Positions 9,932-19,165 of a stretch of DNA of 64,000 nucleotides are shown here, piece after piece. The DNA lies in assembly GCA_029260795.1 (NCBI GenBank), contig JAJDCO010000149.1, positions 131,814 to 195,813 of the forward strand, given 5' to 3'. The translations under genes were made by a program, and so were the position numbers. The DNA comes from Planctomycetota bacterium. Its GTDB lineage: Bacteria; Planctomycetota; OFTM77. The stretch's first letter is position 1. The number at the start of each line of letters is the position of its first letter. Below the pieces are notes generated by a model that saw only the letters and a list, made by a program, of their open reading frames with translations, was not told the DNA's origin and made no database searches.

Positions 9932-10636
9932 TCAGCGCGAGGCCGAGATCCAGGGCGAGCGCGCGACGCGAATGCCCTCGGTCCAGACCTCGACCTGCCA
10001 GCGAATCCGAGGCGGCCATGAGGCACGCTTCTCCTCGTCGGGTTGCCAGAGCGGCTGCTCGAGATCGAGTGATCGATCGATCTCCTGTCGGGACTCGGCA
10101 TCCTGGACGATCACGCGAAATTGGCTGCCGGGCTGTGCCGGGGTCTCCCAAGAGAACGTCTCGAAGCTCGCCAGCGCACCCTCCGGCTTCAAGGCGCGGA
10201 AGCCGCCGCCGATGGTGCGCTCTTCGCGCCGCTGCTGGCGATCGCCATCGGAGTCGGTCTGTTGGGCGAGCCAGTATGCGACGGCGGCGAGGAGGATGGC
10301 CGCCGCAATCAAGCCTCCGATGGCGAGACTCGGCCAGCGCCGCGGCTCGGGGCGCGTCAGGAGCAGGTCCGTGCTGGCGCTTTGCCAGCGCCGGCGCAAC
10401 GAGTCCAGTCGATCGAGACCGGGGGCGTCCTGCTCGGTGCGGGCCTCGGCGAGGATGTCGTCCTTCAGTTGGCCGCTGTCTTCGAGCACGCCGACGACCT
10501 GCTGCAGCTCGTGCCAACGGGCGGCGAGCTCCGGCTCGGCGGCGAAGCGCTCTTGGACGGTGCTGTCGTGCTCGTCGAGGTCTCCCGCGAGGAGGTCGGC
10601 GAGCAGCGGGTCGATGTCCCGCGGCTGCGAGCTCAT
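9932..10636 (-). CDS. Putative membrane-anchored anti-sigma factor
   Basis: Overlaps the stop of the ECF sigma gene; acidic N-terminal helical domain, single TM (WPSLAIGGLIAAAILLAAVAYWLA), small C-terminal domain. Confidence 0.65.
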   Translation of the reverse strand: MSSQPRDIDPLLADLLAGDLDEHDSTVQERFAAEPELAARWHELQQVVGVLEDSGQLKDDILAEARTEQDAPGLDRLDSLRRRWQSASTDLLLTRPEPRRWPSLAIGGLIAAAILLAAVAYWLAQQTDSDGDRQQRREERTIGGGFRALKPEGALASFETFSWETPAQPGSQFRVIVQDAESRQEIDRSLDLEQPLWQPDEEKRASWPPRIRWQVEVWTEGIRVARSPWISASR

Positions 10637-11223
10637 GACTCCCCTTCCGATCGAGTTCGGGCGAGTCGACTGCGGAGCCAGTCGATGCCTCGGTAGTAAT
10701 ACGTCTTGGCAGTGTTCGGAGAGACCTGAAGGAATCGACCGATCTCGGGAAAAGTCATCCCCTCGAGGTGCTTGAGCCGCACGACGTCGGCTTCGGGAGG
10801 TCCCAGCTCGTCGAGCCGCTCCTCGACCTCCTGATACTCGAGCGCGGTGGAGGCCACCGCCGGATCGACGCCGTCCAGCGAGCCGCCGACGAGCTTCCCC
10901 CATCGGTAGTGGTGCCGCAGCCGATTCATCAGCTCGAGGAAGCAGAAGCGGTAGGCCCAGGAATCGAGCGGGCCGGTACCCTGGAAGTGATCGAGCTTCG
11001 ACCAGATCTTGGTCAACGTCTCCTGCGCTAGATCGGCGAGGTCGGCATCCTGGAGCGCCTTGCCGAAGCGGCGATTGATGGCGGCCAAGATGCGCGGCAC
11101 GCAGCGCAGCCGCGCGAAGAGCTTCTCCATCCCGCCCGGCTCACCCCGCAGCGCGCCCTGGACGATGCGCAAGTCGTCGTGCGTCTCGGGCGCGAGCTCG
11201 GTGGGTTGAGAGCTGCGGGACAT
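10633..11223 (-). CDS. ECF sigma-70 family RNA polymerase sigma factor
   Basis: Region 2 (DLAQETLTKIW..F.G...LDSWAY) and region 4 (L...EADVVRLKHLEGMTFPEIG..LQVSPNTAKT..YRG); start MSRSSQ at 11223. Confidence 0.9.
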   Translation of the reverse strand: MSRSSQPTELAPETHDDLRIVQGALRGEPGGMEKLFARLRCVPRILAAINRRFGKALQDADLADLAQETLTKIWSKLDHFQGTGPLDSWAYRFCFLELMNRLRHHYRWGKLVGGSLDGVDPAVASTALEYQEVEERLDELGPPEADVVRLKHLEGMTFPEIGRFLQVSPNTAKTYYYRGIDWLRSRLARTRSEGES

Positions 11224-11349
11224 CGTTTTGGGTCGAGGAGTGAACGAGAGCTCCGCGAGCAAAGCGGAGGGGAGCCATGTTAGCGGCTGGGCGAGATCAG
11301 CGCGATGGAATGCCGAGGGGAGTTCGAACGGCGTAGGCGTCGTGATCAG

Positions 11350-11381
11350 GAACCACCGAGAGCACGGGGTGCACGGAGAGA
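11350..11381 (+). repeat. Short CAC(C/G/T)GAG-type 9-bp repeat motif (family C), degenerate copy
   Basis: GAACCACCGAGAGCACGGGGTGCACGGAGAG resembles the array at 23595-23690. Confidence 0.5.
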
Positions 11382-11544
11382 GGCCTGCCTCCCCTGAGAC
11401 CGCGGGCGGGTTGCTTGCACTTCTACAGCTGCCAAGATTTCTGCCCTCCAACTGCAAGGTTTCTCGAAGAGGCCGTTAACCCAGATAGAGAGCGTGATTC
11501 GTCCTTGCGCCTCCGTCCTGCGGTCAGCTGTCGAGGTGAGAACG

Positions 11545-11640
11545 ATGTCGATTGCCATGTTGCGAGACTCGCGAGTTTTTTCGTTCGTGTTTCTGTGCCT
11601 GCTGATGCAGGCACCCGGCGCGTTCGGTCAAGGAGGCCTG
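11545..11640 (+). pseudogene. Probable 5' stub (signal peptide only) of a secreted protein gene
   Basis: GAGGTG RBS, then MSIAMLRDSRVFSFVFLCLLMQAPGAFG/QGG; the frame then runs into repeat DNA and reads as non-protein-like sequence. Confidence 0.45.
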
Positions 11641-11808
11641 GGCAGCTTCGCTTCGCGTTCCAGCATCTCGCGGTCTCGAGAGAACTGGACGGCTTCGCTG
11701 CGCGGACGCACTCCGCGTTCTCCCGTTTCGCGGCCGGCGACACGAGCCCACGCGTTGGGCGTCGAAGGCCCCAGTAGACCCGGAGAGCACGGGCGTCCCG
11801 CCCGCTTG
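11641..11808 (-). repeat. Degenerate copies of repeat family A (11641-11715) and family B (11781-11808)
   Basis: Minus strand reads GCGGGCGGGACGCCCGTGCTCTCCGG then GGAGTGCGTCCGCGCAGCGAAGCCG...GCGAAGCGAAGCTG, matching copies at 43.9-44.2 kb and 46.7-46.9 kb. Confidence 0.7.
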
Positions 11809-11819
11809 CAGCGATTGTG

Positions 11820-11953
11820 TGGTGAGGATCGCCGCATCCTGCGCCGAACAGGATCGGCCGGTAGCGCTGGTCGATCTCGGCGAACAAGTCGGCTCGCTCG
11901 TCCTGAATGAACTGGCGCAGGAGAATCGAGGTCGTGGTGGCGTGGAACTCCAT
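11820..11953 (-). pseudogene. Probable truncated ECF sigma factor (N-terminal fragment)
   Basis: MEFHATTTSILLRQF..DERADLFAEIDQRYRPILF resembles the T-x-x-S/T-L-L...F-x-x-RYRP N-terminus of ECF sigmas; similarity is lost at the repeat. Confidence 0.55.
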
Positions 11954-11964
11954 GCGGGCGCCGA

Positions 11965-12570
11965 CTACGCGTAGTAGGGAGTCGCGCCCGAAGCGTGGTC
12001 GGTCTGATCGATGATCTCGGTGATCTCCGGCACCTTGGCCTTCACTAGCGTCTCGACGCCTTGCCGCAGCGTGGCGGTCGAGCTGGAGCAGCCCTGGCAG
12101 CCGCCGCCCATGCGGATGATCAGCTTGTCGTCCGTGACGTTGACGATCTGAATGAAGCCTCCATGCGCGGCGACGGCCGGATTGATGTCCGACACGAACA
12201 CGTCCTGCACGCGCTTGAGCAGCTCGTGATTCGTCTCGGCCGTGATCTCGGGCTCGCTTCCGGCCGGCGTCGGGTTGTCCTCGGTCTCGGGCAGGTTGAA
12301 CTTGAAGCCCTCCTGGGCGCCTTGGACGACGTAGTCGACCGTTCCCTCCTCGAGGATCTGGGCGCTGCCCGGACCCAGGAGCACGGTGACCTCGCCGACC
12401 GTCAGGCTGACGTCGTCGGCCTTCTGCTCGTCAAACTGGAATCCGAACTGGTGGCGGCCACCCGCTCCGGGCGCGGCCTGGATGCGGACGGGGCGCGACT
12501 GATCTTCGGCGGCACTCTTTTGCACGATCTCACTGAGCTTGTCGCGGGCCGAGTCGGTGAACTGGAGCAT
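11965..12570 (-). CDS. nfuA: Fe-S biogenesis protein NfuA-like (degenerate A-type domain + NifU-C), paralog 2
   Basis: FTDSA N-terminus without Cys; INPAVAAHGG, MGGGCQGC, TLRQGVE, DQTDH..GATPYY. Confidence 0.9.
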   Translation of the reverse strand: MLQFTDSARDKLSEIVQKSAAEDQSRPVRIQAAPGAGGRHQFGFQFDEQKADDVSLTVGEVTVLLGPGSAQILEEGTVDYVVQGAQEGFKFNLPETEDNPTPAGSEPEITAETNHELLKRVQDVFVSDINPAVAAHGGFIQIVNVTDDKLIIRMGGGCQGCSSSTATLRQGVETLVKAKVPEITEIIDQTDHASGATPYYA

Positions 12571-12593
12571 GACGCTGCTTCCTCTATTGAGAA

Positions 12594-13241
12594 CTAGTAT
12601 TCGGAAGTCGGTGGAACGGGCGAGGTCGCCGGGCCGGCCTCGGAAGCGTAGTACGGGTTCTCGCCACGGTCATGATCGGTCAGATCGGTGATGGTGTGAA
12701 TCTCGGGTGCCTGAGCTTTGACCAAGGTTTCGACGCCCCGGCGAAGCGTGGCTGTCGAGCTCGCGCAGCCCTGGCAACCGCCACCCATGCGAATGAAGAG
12801 CTCGTCGCCGATCACGTTGACGAGCTGGATGAATCCACCATGAGCCGCGACCGCCGGATTGATGTGGTCTACGAACACCTGCTGCACCTTCTGGAGAAGT
12901 GGGTGGTCGGTCTCTGCAGTCGGCTCGGGCGGCGGTGCCTTGGGCGCGTTCGGGTCGGGTGGCAGAAGGAACTGGAAGGCACCCGCGCGGCGTCCCTTTT
13001 CGGCGAAGTGGATCTTCGCTCCCTTCAGAATCTCTGCGCTCTCCGCATCCAGCACGACTTGCACCCGCTCGAGGTCGATGGCGAGGTCGCTCTCCTGGGG
13101 CACATCGAAGTCGAGGTTGTATCGAGGGCCGCTCGCGCCCATTTGAGCCCGGACGCGGATCGCCTTGGCTTGATCCTCGGGCTCGGCGACGGCGGCGATC
13201 TCGAAGAGCTTGCGGCGAGCAGCTTCGGTGAACTCGATCAT
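12594..13241 (-). CDS. nfuA: Fe-S biogenesis protein NfuA-like, paralog 1
   Basis: FTEAA N-terminus; INPAVAAHGG, MGGGCQGC, TLRRGVE, DLTDH..GENPYY. Confidence 0.9.
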   Translation of the reverse strand: MIEFTEAARRKLFEIAAVAEPEDQAKAIRVRAQMGASGPRYNLDFDVPQESDLAIDLERVQVVLDAESAEILKGAKIHFAEKGRRAGAFQFLLPPDPNAPKAPPPEPTAETDHPLLQKVQQVFVDHINPAVAAHGGFIQLVNVIGDELFIRMGGGCQGCASSTATLRRGVETLVKAQAPEIHTITDLTDHDRGENPYYASEAGPATSPVPPTSEY

Positions 13242-13373
13242 GTCAGGAGCTTGTGCCAGGGAACGGGACTCGGGATTGGAACGACCTCGGCGCGGATTCT
13301 AGCACTGAGCCGGTCGAGGTGCTCGCCACCACAAGTCAGGAATCCCGGCGGCCGCCCCCGATGTCGGCCGCTC

Positions 13374-15650
13374 TCAGGCCTCTTGGCTTCGGAGCTGATT
13401 CAGCGCCGAGCCGGCCTCGAACCAGCCGATCTGCTCTTCGTTGAGCGTGTGGCGAAGAGTCACCTCGTGAGTCGAGCCGTCCTCGTGATGGATCGTCGCC
13501 TTCACCGGCTTGCCCGGTGCCAGCTCGGCCAGGCCGTGCAGGCTGATGCGATCGGTCTCCTGGACGAGGTCGTAGTCGGCCGGGTTCTCGAAGGTCAGCG
13601 GTAGGACGCCCTGCTTCTTGAGGTTGGTCTCGTGGATGCGCGCGAAGCTGCGCACGACGATCGCCGCGGCACCGAGATGCCGGGGCTCCATCGCCGCATG
13701 CTCGCGGCTCGAGCCTTCACCGTAGTTCTCGTCGCCGACGACCACCCACTGGAGGCCCTTGGCCTTGTAGCTGCGTGCGATGTCGGAGAAGGCCTGACCG
13801 GTCTCCCCGGTTTCGAGGTTGCGGCCTTTGCCGGTATCGCCGGTGAAGGCGTTCGCCGCTCCGATGAACATGTTGTCGGAGATTCTGTCGATGTGTCCGC
13901 GGAAGCGCAGCCAGGGTCCGGCCGGCGAGATGTGGTCGGTCGTGCACTTGCCGCGCGCCTTCAAGAGAAGCGGCAGCTTCTCGACGTCTTGCCGGTTCCA
14001 GGGCGCGAAGGGCTCGAGGATCTGAAGCCGCTCGCTCTTCGGGTCGACCGTGATCCTCACCGAGGAGCCGTCGGCAGCAGGCGGCACAAAGCCGTCCTCG
14101 CCGGCCTCGAAGGAATCGGCCGGGAGCTCGGGCGCCGGCTTGGGCGCTTCGAGCATGTAGGTCGAGCCGTCGTCGGCGGTGATCGGATCGGTCAAGGGGT
14201 TGAACGACAGCCGACCGGCCAGGCCATAGGCCATGACGATCTCGGGGCTGGCAATGAAGGCGAGCGTGGCGCGATTGCCATCGTTTCGGCGCGGGAAGTT
14301 GCGGTTGAAGGACGTCAAGATCGAGTTGGCTTCGCCCTCTTGGATCTCGTCGCGCTTCCATTGACCGATGCAGGGGCCGCAGGCGTTGGCGAGGACTTGG
14401 GCACCGACCTTGGAGAGCTTCTCGAGCTGACCGTCGCGCTCGATGGTGGCGCGGATCTGCTCGGAGCCCGGTGTCACGAGTAGCGGGATGTCCATCTTGT
14501 CGTGATGGGCGGTCGCCTGCTCGGCGACGTCGGTGGCGCGCGCGATGTCCTCGTAGGAGGAGTTGGTGCAGCTTCCGATGAGGGCGACGGAGATCTTGTC
14601 GGGGTAGCCATTCTCCTGCACGTCCTTCGCCATCTGTGAGATGGGACGTGCGAGGTCAGGCGTGTGCGGACCAACGATGTGCGGCTCGAGCGTCGAGAGA
14701 TCGATCTCGACCACCAGCTCGTAGTACTTCTCGGGGTTCTTCTCGACTTCGGGATCGGCGGTGAGCAACGCGCGATGCTTCTCGGCGAGCGTCGCAAGCT
14801 CGGCGCGATCGGTACCGCGGAGGTACTTCGCCATGCGATCGTCGAAGGGGAAGATCGAGGTCGTGGCGCCTAGCTCGGCGCCCATGTTGGTGATCGTGCC
14901 CTTGCCGGTGCAGCTGATCGAAGCCACGCCGGGACCGAAGTACTCGACGATGCGGTTGGTACCGCCCTTGACCGTCAGGATACTGAGCAGCTTGAGGATG
15001 ACGTCCTTGGGGGCGGTCCAGCCCTGGAGCTCACCGGTGAGCTTCACGCCGACGGTGTTGGGCTGCAGCACCTCCCAGGGGAAGCCCGCGATGACGTCGA
15101 CGGCGTCGGCGCCACCCACACCACAGGCGATCATGCCCAGGCCGCCCGCGTTCGGCGTGTGGGAGTCGGTGCCGATCATCAAGCCGCCTGGGAAGGCGTA
15201 CTTCTCGAGCACGACCTGGTGGATGATGCCGGCTCCCGGCTTCCAGAAGCCGATGCCGTAGCGCTGGGAGACCGTGCTCAGGAAGTCGTAGACCTCCTTG
15301 TTGTTGACGCTGGCGGTCGCGAGGTCCGCCGCCGCGCTGATGTGCGCTTGGATGAGGTGGTCGCAGTGAACGGTCGTCGGAACGGCGACTTGCTGGCGAC
15401 CGGCCTGCATGAACTGGAGCAGCGCCATCTGAGCCGTGGCATCCTGCATCGCGACGCGATCCGGACGGAGCATGAGATAGGCGGAGCCGGCGTCGATGTC
15501 CTGGCCCTTCGGGTCGTCGAGGTGTCCCAGCACGATCTTCTCGGCCAGGTTCAACGGGCGTCCGAGGCGCTCACGCACGATCGCGAGGTTGGCCTCGAGG
15601 CGCTCGTACACTCCGCGAACGAACTCGGGGGTGGAATCGATGCTCTCCAT
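13374..15650 (-). CDS. acn: Aconitate hydratase, mitochondrial-type
   Basis: LRPDRVAMQDATAQMA, HCDH, GTDSHTPN, IGSCTNSSYED, NACGPCIGQW, TTDHIS, NYGEGSSREHAA; start MESIDS after GGGAG. Confidence 0.95.
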   Translation of the reverse strand: MESIDSTPEFVRGVYERLEANLAIVRERLGRPLNLAEKIVLGHLDDPKGQDIDAGSAYLMLRPDRVAMQDATAQMALLQFMQAGRQQVAVPTTVHCDHLIQAHISAAADLATASVNNKEVYDFLSTVSQRYGIGFWKPGAGIIHQVVLEKYAFPGGLMIGTDSHTPNAGGLGMIACGVGGADAVDVIAGFPWEVLQPNTVGVKLTGELQGWTAPKDVILKLLSILTVKGGTNRIVEYFGPGVASISCTGKGTITNMGAELGATTSIFPFDDRMAKYLRGTDRAELATLAEKHRALLTADPEVEKNPEKYYELVVEIDLSTLEPHIVGPHTPDLARPISQMAKDVQENGYPDKISVALIGSCTNSSYEDIARATDVAEQATAHHDKMDIPLLVTPGSEQIRATIERDGQLEKLSKVGAQVLANACGPCIGQWKRDEIQEGEANSILTSFNRNFPRRNDGNRATLAFIASPEIVMAYGLAGRLSFNPLTDPITADDGSTYMLEAPKPAPELPADSFEAGEDGFVPPAADGSSVRITVDPKSERLQILEPFAPWNRQDVEKLPLLLKARGKCTTDHISPAGPWLRFRGHIDRISDNMFIGAANAFTGDTGKGRNLETGETGQAFSDIARSYKAKGLQWVVVGDENYGEGSSREHAAMEPRHLGAAAIVVRSFARIHETNLKKQGVLPLTFENPADYDLVQETDRISLHGLAELAPGKPVKATIHHEDGSTHEVTLRHTLNEEQIGWFEAGSALNQLRSQEA

Positions 15651-16045
15651 CTGGGTGCTCCCTTTCATGCTCGAGACGCCGGGCGAACGACCCCTGCCGG
15701 GGTGGTGTCCAAACCATGATTATACCCTCGACCCGGACGCACCGAAACGCACCGGCCGAAGAGAGCACGATCGGTCGCCGATCTGACGCTTCGAGGGGCG
15801 ACTCTTCCAAGGGACCGTCCTCGCGGTCGACGGCGGATCCGTCCAGGGAGCGGGTTGACCGAGACTTCGTGGGGTCTCTCCTCTCTCTCCATTCGGGCGA
15901 TCTCGAGCTCGGCCTTGACCGTGGCGCGGCGTCTCTCGTCACGGGGACCTCGGTGGACGGCCCTGTTCGCGCTAGCGTCCGGCGCTGCCAGCCGGTAAAC
16001 CTTGGGGTCGGCTGGCACGGAAACGCCCTTCGAGAGGAGACTCAA

Positions 16046-17296
16046 ATGATTCGCTTCGTCGTCGCCTTCGTGGTCTGTCTGGGCGGCTTGGCCGCATTCC
16101 AAGTCGCGACCGAGGATGTCGGACCGGCCACCGGTCCTCAGTGGTTCCGTGGCAACACCCATGCGCACACGCTCTGGAGTGACGGCAATGCCGCGCCCGA
16201 GTGGGTGTCGGCTTGGTACGTCGAGAACGACTACGACTTTCTCGCGCTCAGCGACCACAACATCCTGTCGACGGGCGAGCGTTGGTTCCCGATCAAGCCC
16301 GAGAGCCGCCTTACGCCGGAGCTGGTCGATCAGCTCGCGGAGAAGTTCGGCGACGATTGGGTCGTTCAACGCCCCGGCGACCAGCCGAAGATGCGGCTCA
16401 AGACACTCGACGAGCTGCGGGCGCATTTTGAAAGGCCGGGCGAGTTCCTGTTCATCCAAGGCGAGGAGATCACGGGCGACTTTCAAGGCGCCCCCGTCCA
16501 CGTGAACGGCGTCCACCTCGCCGAGCTCATCAAGCCACGGACCGGTGCGTCACTGCGCGAGACGATGCAGAACAGCGTCGACGCCGTGATCGAGCAGAGT
16601 CGTCGCGTCGGGCGGCCCATGCTCGCGCACATCAATCATCCGAATTTCCAATGGGCGATGACACCCGAGGACGTCGCCTCGATCCGAGGCGAACGCTTCT
16701 TCGAGGTCTACAACGGCCACTCAGGCGTCCGCAATTACGGTGACGCCGAGCACGCGAGCATGGAGCAGCTCTGGGACCGCGCGCTGACGCTTCGACTCAC
16801 CGAGCTCGACCTCGGGCTGCTCTTCGGTGTCGCGACCGACGACTCGCACGAGTACTACCGCTATGGTGTCGGCCTCACCAACCCGGGCCGCGGCTGGGTG
16901 ATGGTCTGGGCCGAGTCGCTGGACGCCGATCAGATCGTCTCGGCGATGCGTCGAGGCGACTTCTATGCCTCGAGCGGCGTGACCTTGAAGAGCACGAGCG
17001 CCTCACCGACGGAGTTGGAGATCGAGATCGAGGGCGAGCAAGGCGTCAGCTATGTGACGCGCTTCATCGGCACGCGTCGCAGCGGCGACGGGCCCGGCGA
17101 GGTCGGCGAGGTGCTCGCCGAGGTGAAGGGCGCGACGGCCGCCTATCGGTTCAAAGGCGACGAGCTCTACGTGCGCGCGACCGTGCTCTCGTCCAAGAAT
17201 CACCCCAACCCGTTCGCGAAGGGCGACGTCGAGACGGCCTGGGTGCAACCGGTGATCCCGGGTACGACGGCAACCCGTGAGATCGGCGTGCGGTAG
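16046..17296 (+). CDS. Secreted PHP-domain metallo-phosphoesterase (CehA/McbA / histidinol-phosphatase-like)
   Basis: RBS GAGGAG; WFRGNTHAHTLWSDG, YDFLALSDHN, GEE, INHPN, EVYNGH, TDDSH, GDFYASSG. Confidence 0.8.
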   Translation: MIRFVVAFVVCLGGLAAFQVATEDVGPATGPQWFRGNTHAHTLWSDGNAAPEWVSAWYVENDYDFLALSDHNILSTGERWFPIKPESRLTPELVDQLAEKFGDDWVVQRPGDQPKMRLKTLDELRAHFERPGEFLFIQGEEITGDFQGAPVHVNGVHLAELIKPRTGASLRETMQNSVDAVIEQSRRVGRPMLAHINHPNFQWAMTPEDVASIRGERFFEVYNGHSGVRNYGDAEHASMEQLWDRALTLRLTELDLGLLFGVATDDSHEYYRYGVGLTNPGRGWVMVWAESLDADQIVSAMRRGDFYASSGVTLKSTSASPTELEIEIEGEQGVSYVTRFIGTRRSGDGPGEVGEVLAEVKGATAAYRFKGDELYVRATVLSSKNHPNPFAKGDVETAWVQPVIPGTTATREIGVR

Positions 17297-17300
17297 CAGA

Positions 17301-17435
17301 GGAGTGCGTCCGCGCGAGGATGCGGGCGGGACGCAAGCGGTCCGTGCGCCGATCGCGCCCCTTCAAGGGCGGCCAGTACGCCCGGTGCCCAATAGGGCTA
17401 TCCTCGGAGGGATGGGAGTGCGTCCGCGGAGCGAT
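17301..17435 (+). repeat. Two GGAGTGCGTCCGCG heads of repeat family A with a family-B-like fragment
   Basis: GGAGTGCGTCCGCG at 17301 and 17415; GCGGGCGGGACGC near 17322; lies between convergent genes. Confidence 0.6.
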
Positions 17436-17462
17436 GCCGGCCCAATCGGGGCGTCACCATCG

Positions 17463-18386
17463 TCACTCGCCGCGCAATCGCTCCGCCAGCTCCTGCAACG
17501 CCGACAGCAACGGTAGCCCGGTGCGATCGATGACGGGGTTGCTCGGGTCGAGGAAGCTCGTCAACCGATACCGCGCATCGCGCGGCTCGACGTCCTCTTG
17601 CCACTTGAAGGTCAATGTCCCGACAGGGCGGCCGTCACGGCTCAGGTCGATCGCCAGCTCCTCGACGACCTTCGAGTCGGGGCGCGTGTGCAGTCGCACG
17701 CCCGAGCTCGGCCGCACCGAGCCGGGCCGCGGTGTGCCCACCAGAGCCTGGCGTCCGTCAGCGCGCTCCTCGAGCTCGAGCTCGAAGTCGAGGTCCAGCG
17801 ACTCCAGCACGCGCTGCAGATCGAGCGTTCGCAGGTCCGCGATGCGCTCGAGCACGCGGTTGCGAGTCTCCTCCGAGGACACGCGGATGCCGAACTGCCC
17901 TGGCACGGCGGCCCACAGCCCCGTATCCACTCCCTCGCTGCCCCAAACGAGCCATCGACCGTCGGTCTCGGGCTCGACGACGAAGCGGTCGCCGGCCGTC
18001 GTCAGTCGCGCTGAATGTCGCGCCACGAAGCGGAGAAGCAGCGGGCTCTCGGCGTTTGGCTCGAAGCTCACTTCATAGACTCGATCGACCGGCAGACGAT
18101 GCGCATGCAGGATCTCGCGAACGGCGGCCGCGGCCGATCCCGGGCCGGTACCCATGATCCAGAGCGTCAGCAAGAGGGACGCGACAATGAGGCTGCCGGC
18201 GATGGCGAGCCAACGGCGTGGCTTCGGTGTAGGGCGCGGGAGCTCAGGGTCACTCGGCTCGGTGGCGAGGCGATGTTGAACCCGGGCCAGCAACGCCGCG
18301 CCATCGATCGCGGACCGGCGGCGGAGCAGGTGCTCGCCGACGAGCTCTTCAGCTCTTCGCTCGCGCCGTTCGTCGGAGGAGCTCAT
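17463..18386 (-). CDS. Putative anti-sigma factor / membrane protein with extracytoplasmic domain
   Basis: ATGA overlap with the ECF sigma gene; single TM (WLAIAGSLIVASLLLTLWI) followed by a beta-rich domain. Confidence 0.65.
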   Translation of the reverse strand: MSSSDERRERRAEELVGEHLLRRRSAIDGAALLARVQHRLATEPSDPELPRPTPKPRRWLAIAGSLIVASLLLTLWIMGTGPGSAAAAVREILHAHRLPVDRVYEVSFEPNAESPLLLRFVARHSARLTTAGDRFVVEPETDGRWLVWGSEGVDTGLWAAVPGQFGIRVSSEETRNRVLERIADLRTLDLQRVLESLDLDFELELEERADGRQALVGTPRPGSVRPSSGVRLHTRPDSKVVEELAIDLSRDGRPVGTLTFKWQEDVEPRDARYRLTSFLDPSNPVIDRTGLPLLSALQELAERLRGE

Positions 18387-18910
18387 TCCTTCACCTCGTC
18401 GAGATAGGGTTCGAGAGCCCTTGCCACTGCTCGTCGAGCGCGGTGAAGCAAGACGCGCACGTGGTTTCGCTTCAGACCGACCGACCGCGCGATGTCCGGG
18501 ATCTCCCAGCCGGTCGCGCTCAGGTGGAACACCTCCCGCTGGGGAAGCGGCAGGGCTTCCAACGCTCGCTCGACGAGCTCGCCCAGCTCGGTCGCGGCCA
18601 GGCTCTCCAGCGGGTCACAATCGCCCCGTCGATCCTCCAGCTCCCAGGGGCCTTGCCCACCGGTGTCCGCATCGAGGCTGACGACTGGCCGGCGGCGCGT
18701 GACCCAATTGCGGCACTTGTTGGTGACCGCCGTGAAGAGCAGCTTCGTGCCGTCGCGCTCCAAGTCATAGCGATCGCGATGCCGCAGCAGCGCGCAGAGC
18801 GCGTCCTGGACCAGGTCCTCGGCGACGGAGCGGTTGCGAATCAGCGAGATCGCATAGCTCACGGCGCGCGGTCCGGTGGTCAGGACCCATTGCTCGATCC
18901 ACTCGTTCAA
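18383..18910 (-). CDS. ECF sigma-70 family RNA polymerase sigma factor
   Basis: AEDLVQDA, LF..VTNKCRN, LEALPLPQREVFHL, IARSVG..RNHVRVLLHRARR; TTG start. Confidence 0.9.
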   Translation of the reverse strand: MNEWIEQWVLTTGPRAVSYAISLIRNRSVAEDLVQDALCALLRHRDRYDLERDGTKLLFTAVTNKCRNWVTRRRPVVSLDADTGGQGPWELEDRRGDCDPLESLAATELGELVERALEALPLPQREVFHLSATGWEIPDIARSVGLKRNHVRVLLHRARRAVARALEPYLDEVKE

Positions 18911-18953
18911 ACGGCTCTCTCATGTCGGGGCAAGTCGGGGCGACGGGCTCGAG

Positions 18954-18980
18954 AACCCACTTCCCTTGTCGGCATTACAG
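18954..18980 (-). promoter_or_regulatory. Putative ECF promoter TGTAAT-N16-GGTT driving the sigma/anti-sigma operon
   Basis: Minus strand CTGTAAT gccgacaagggaagtg GGTT; same motif and spacing as the divergent copy. Confidence 0.6.
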
Positions 18981-19013
18981 AAGAAATCTCCCGAGCCGGA
19001 GATCGCATGGCCG

Positions 19014-19040
19014 CTGTAACGCGGCCCGCGGTGTGGGGTT
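19014..19040 (+). promoter_or_regulatory. Putative ECF promoter TGTAAC-N16-GGTT driving the gene at 19166
   Basis: CTGTAAC gcggcccgcggtgtgg GGTT. Confidence 0.6.
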
Positions 19041-19165
19041 TCCCCCGGCATGCCTCGAGCCGCGCCGAGCACCCGGTGACCATCCTTGCCCCCAACCCGG
19101 GGCAGCGAACCCGAGCGACCGCCGGAGCGAGCTCAAAACCACCTTTCCCTCTCTCGGAGGTTCTC

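Noticed and set aside
11453-11477. Possible ECF promoter TGCAAG-N15-CGTT upstream of the 11545 stub
   Set aside because: Only one instance, with no matching copy seen upstream of the sigma gene; too weak to call.
15716-16045. Long N-terminal extensions in the ORF track (also at 7501, 18443, 29255, 31719, 35774, 54793, 55905)
   Set aside because: Extensions are low-complexity or overlap neighbours; internal starts with an RBS and signal peptides fit better.
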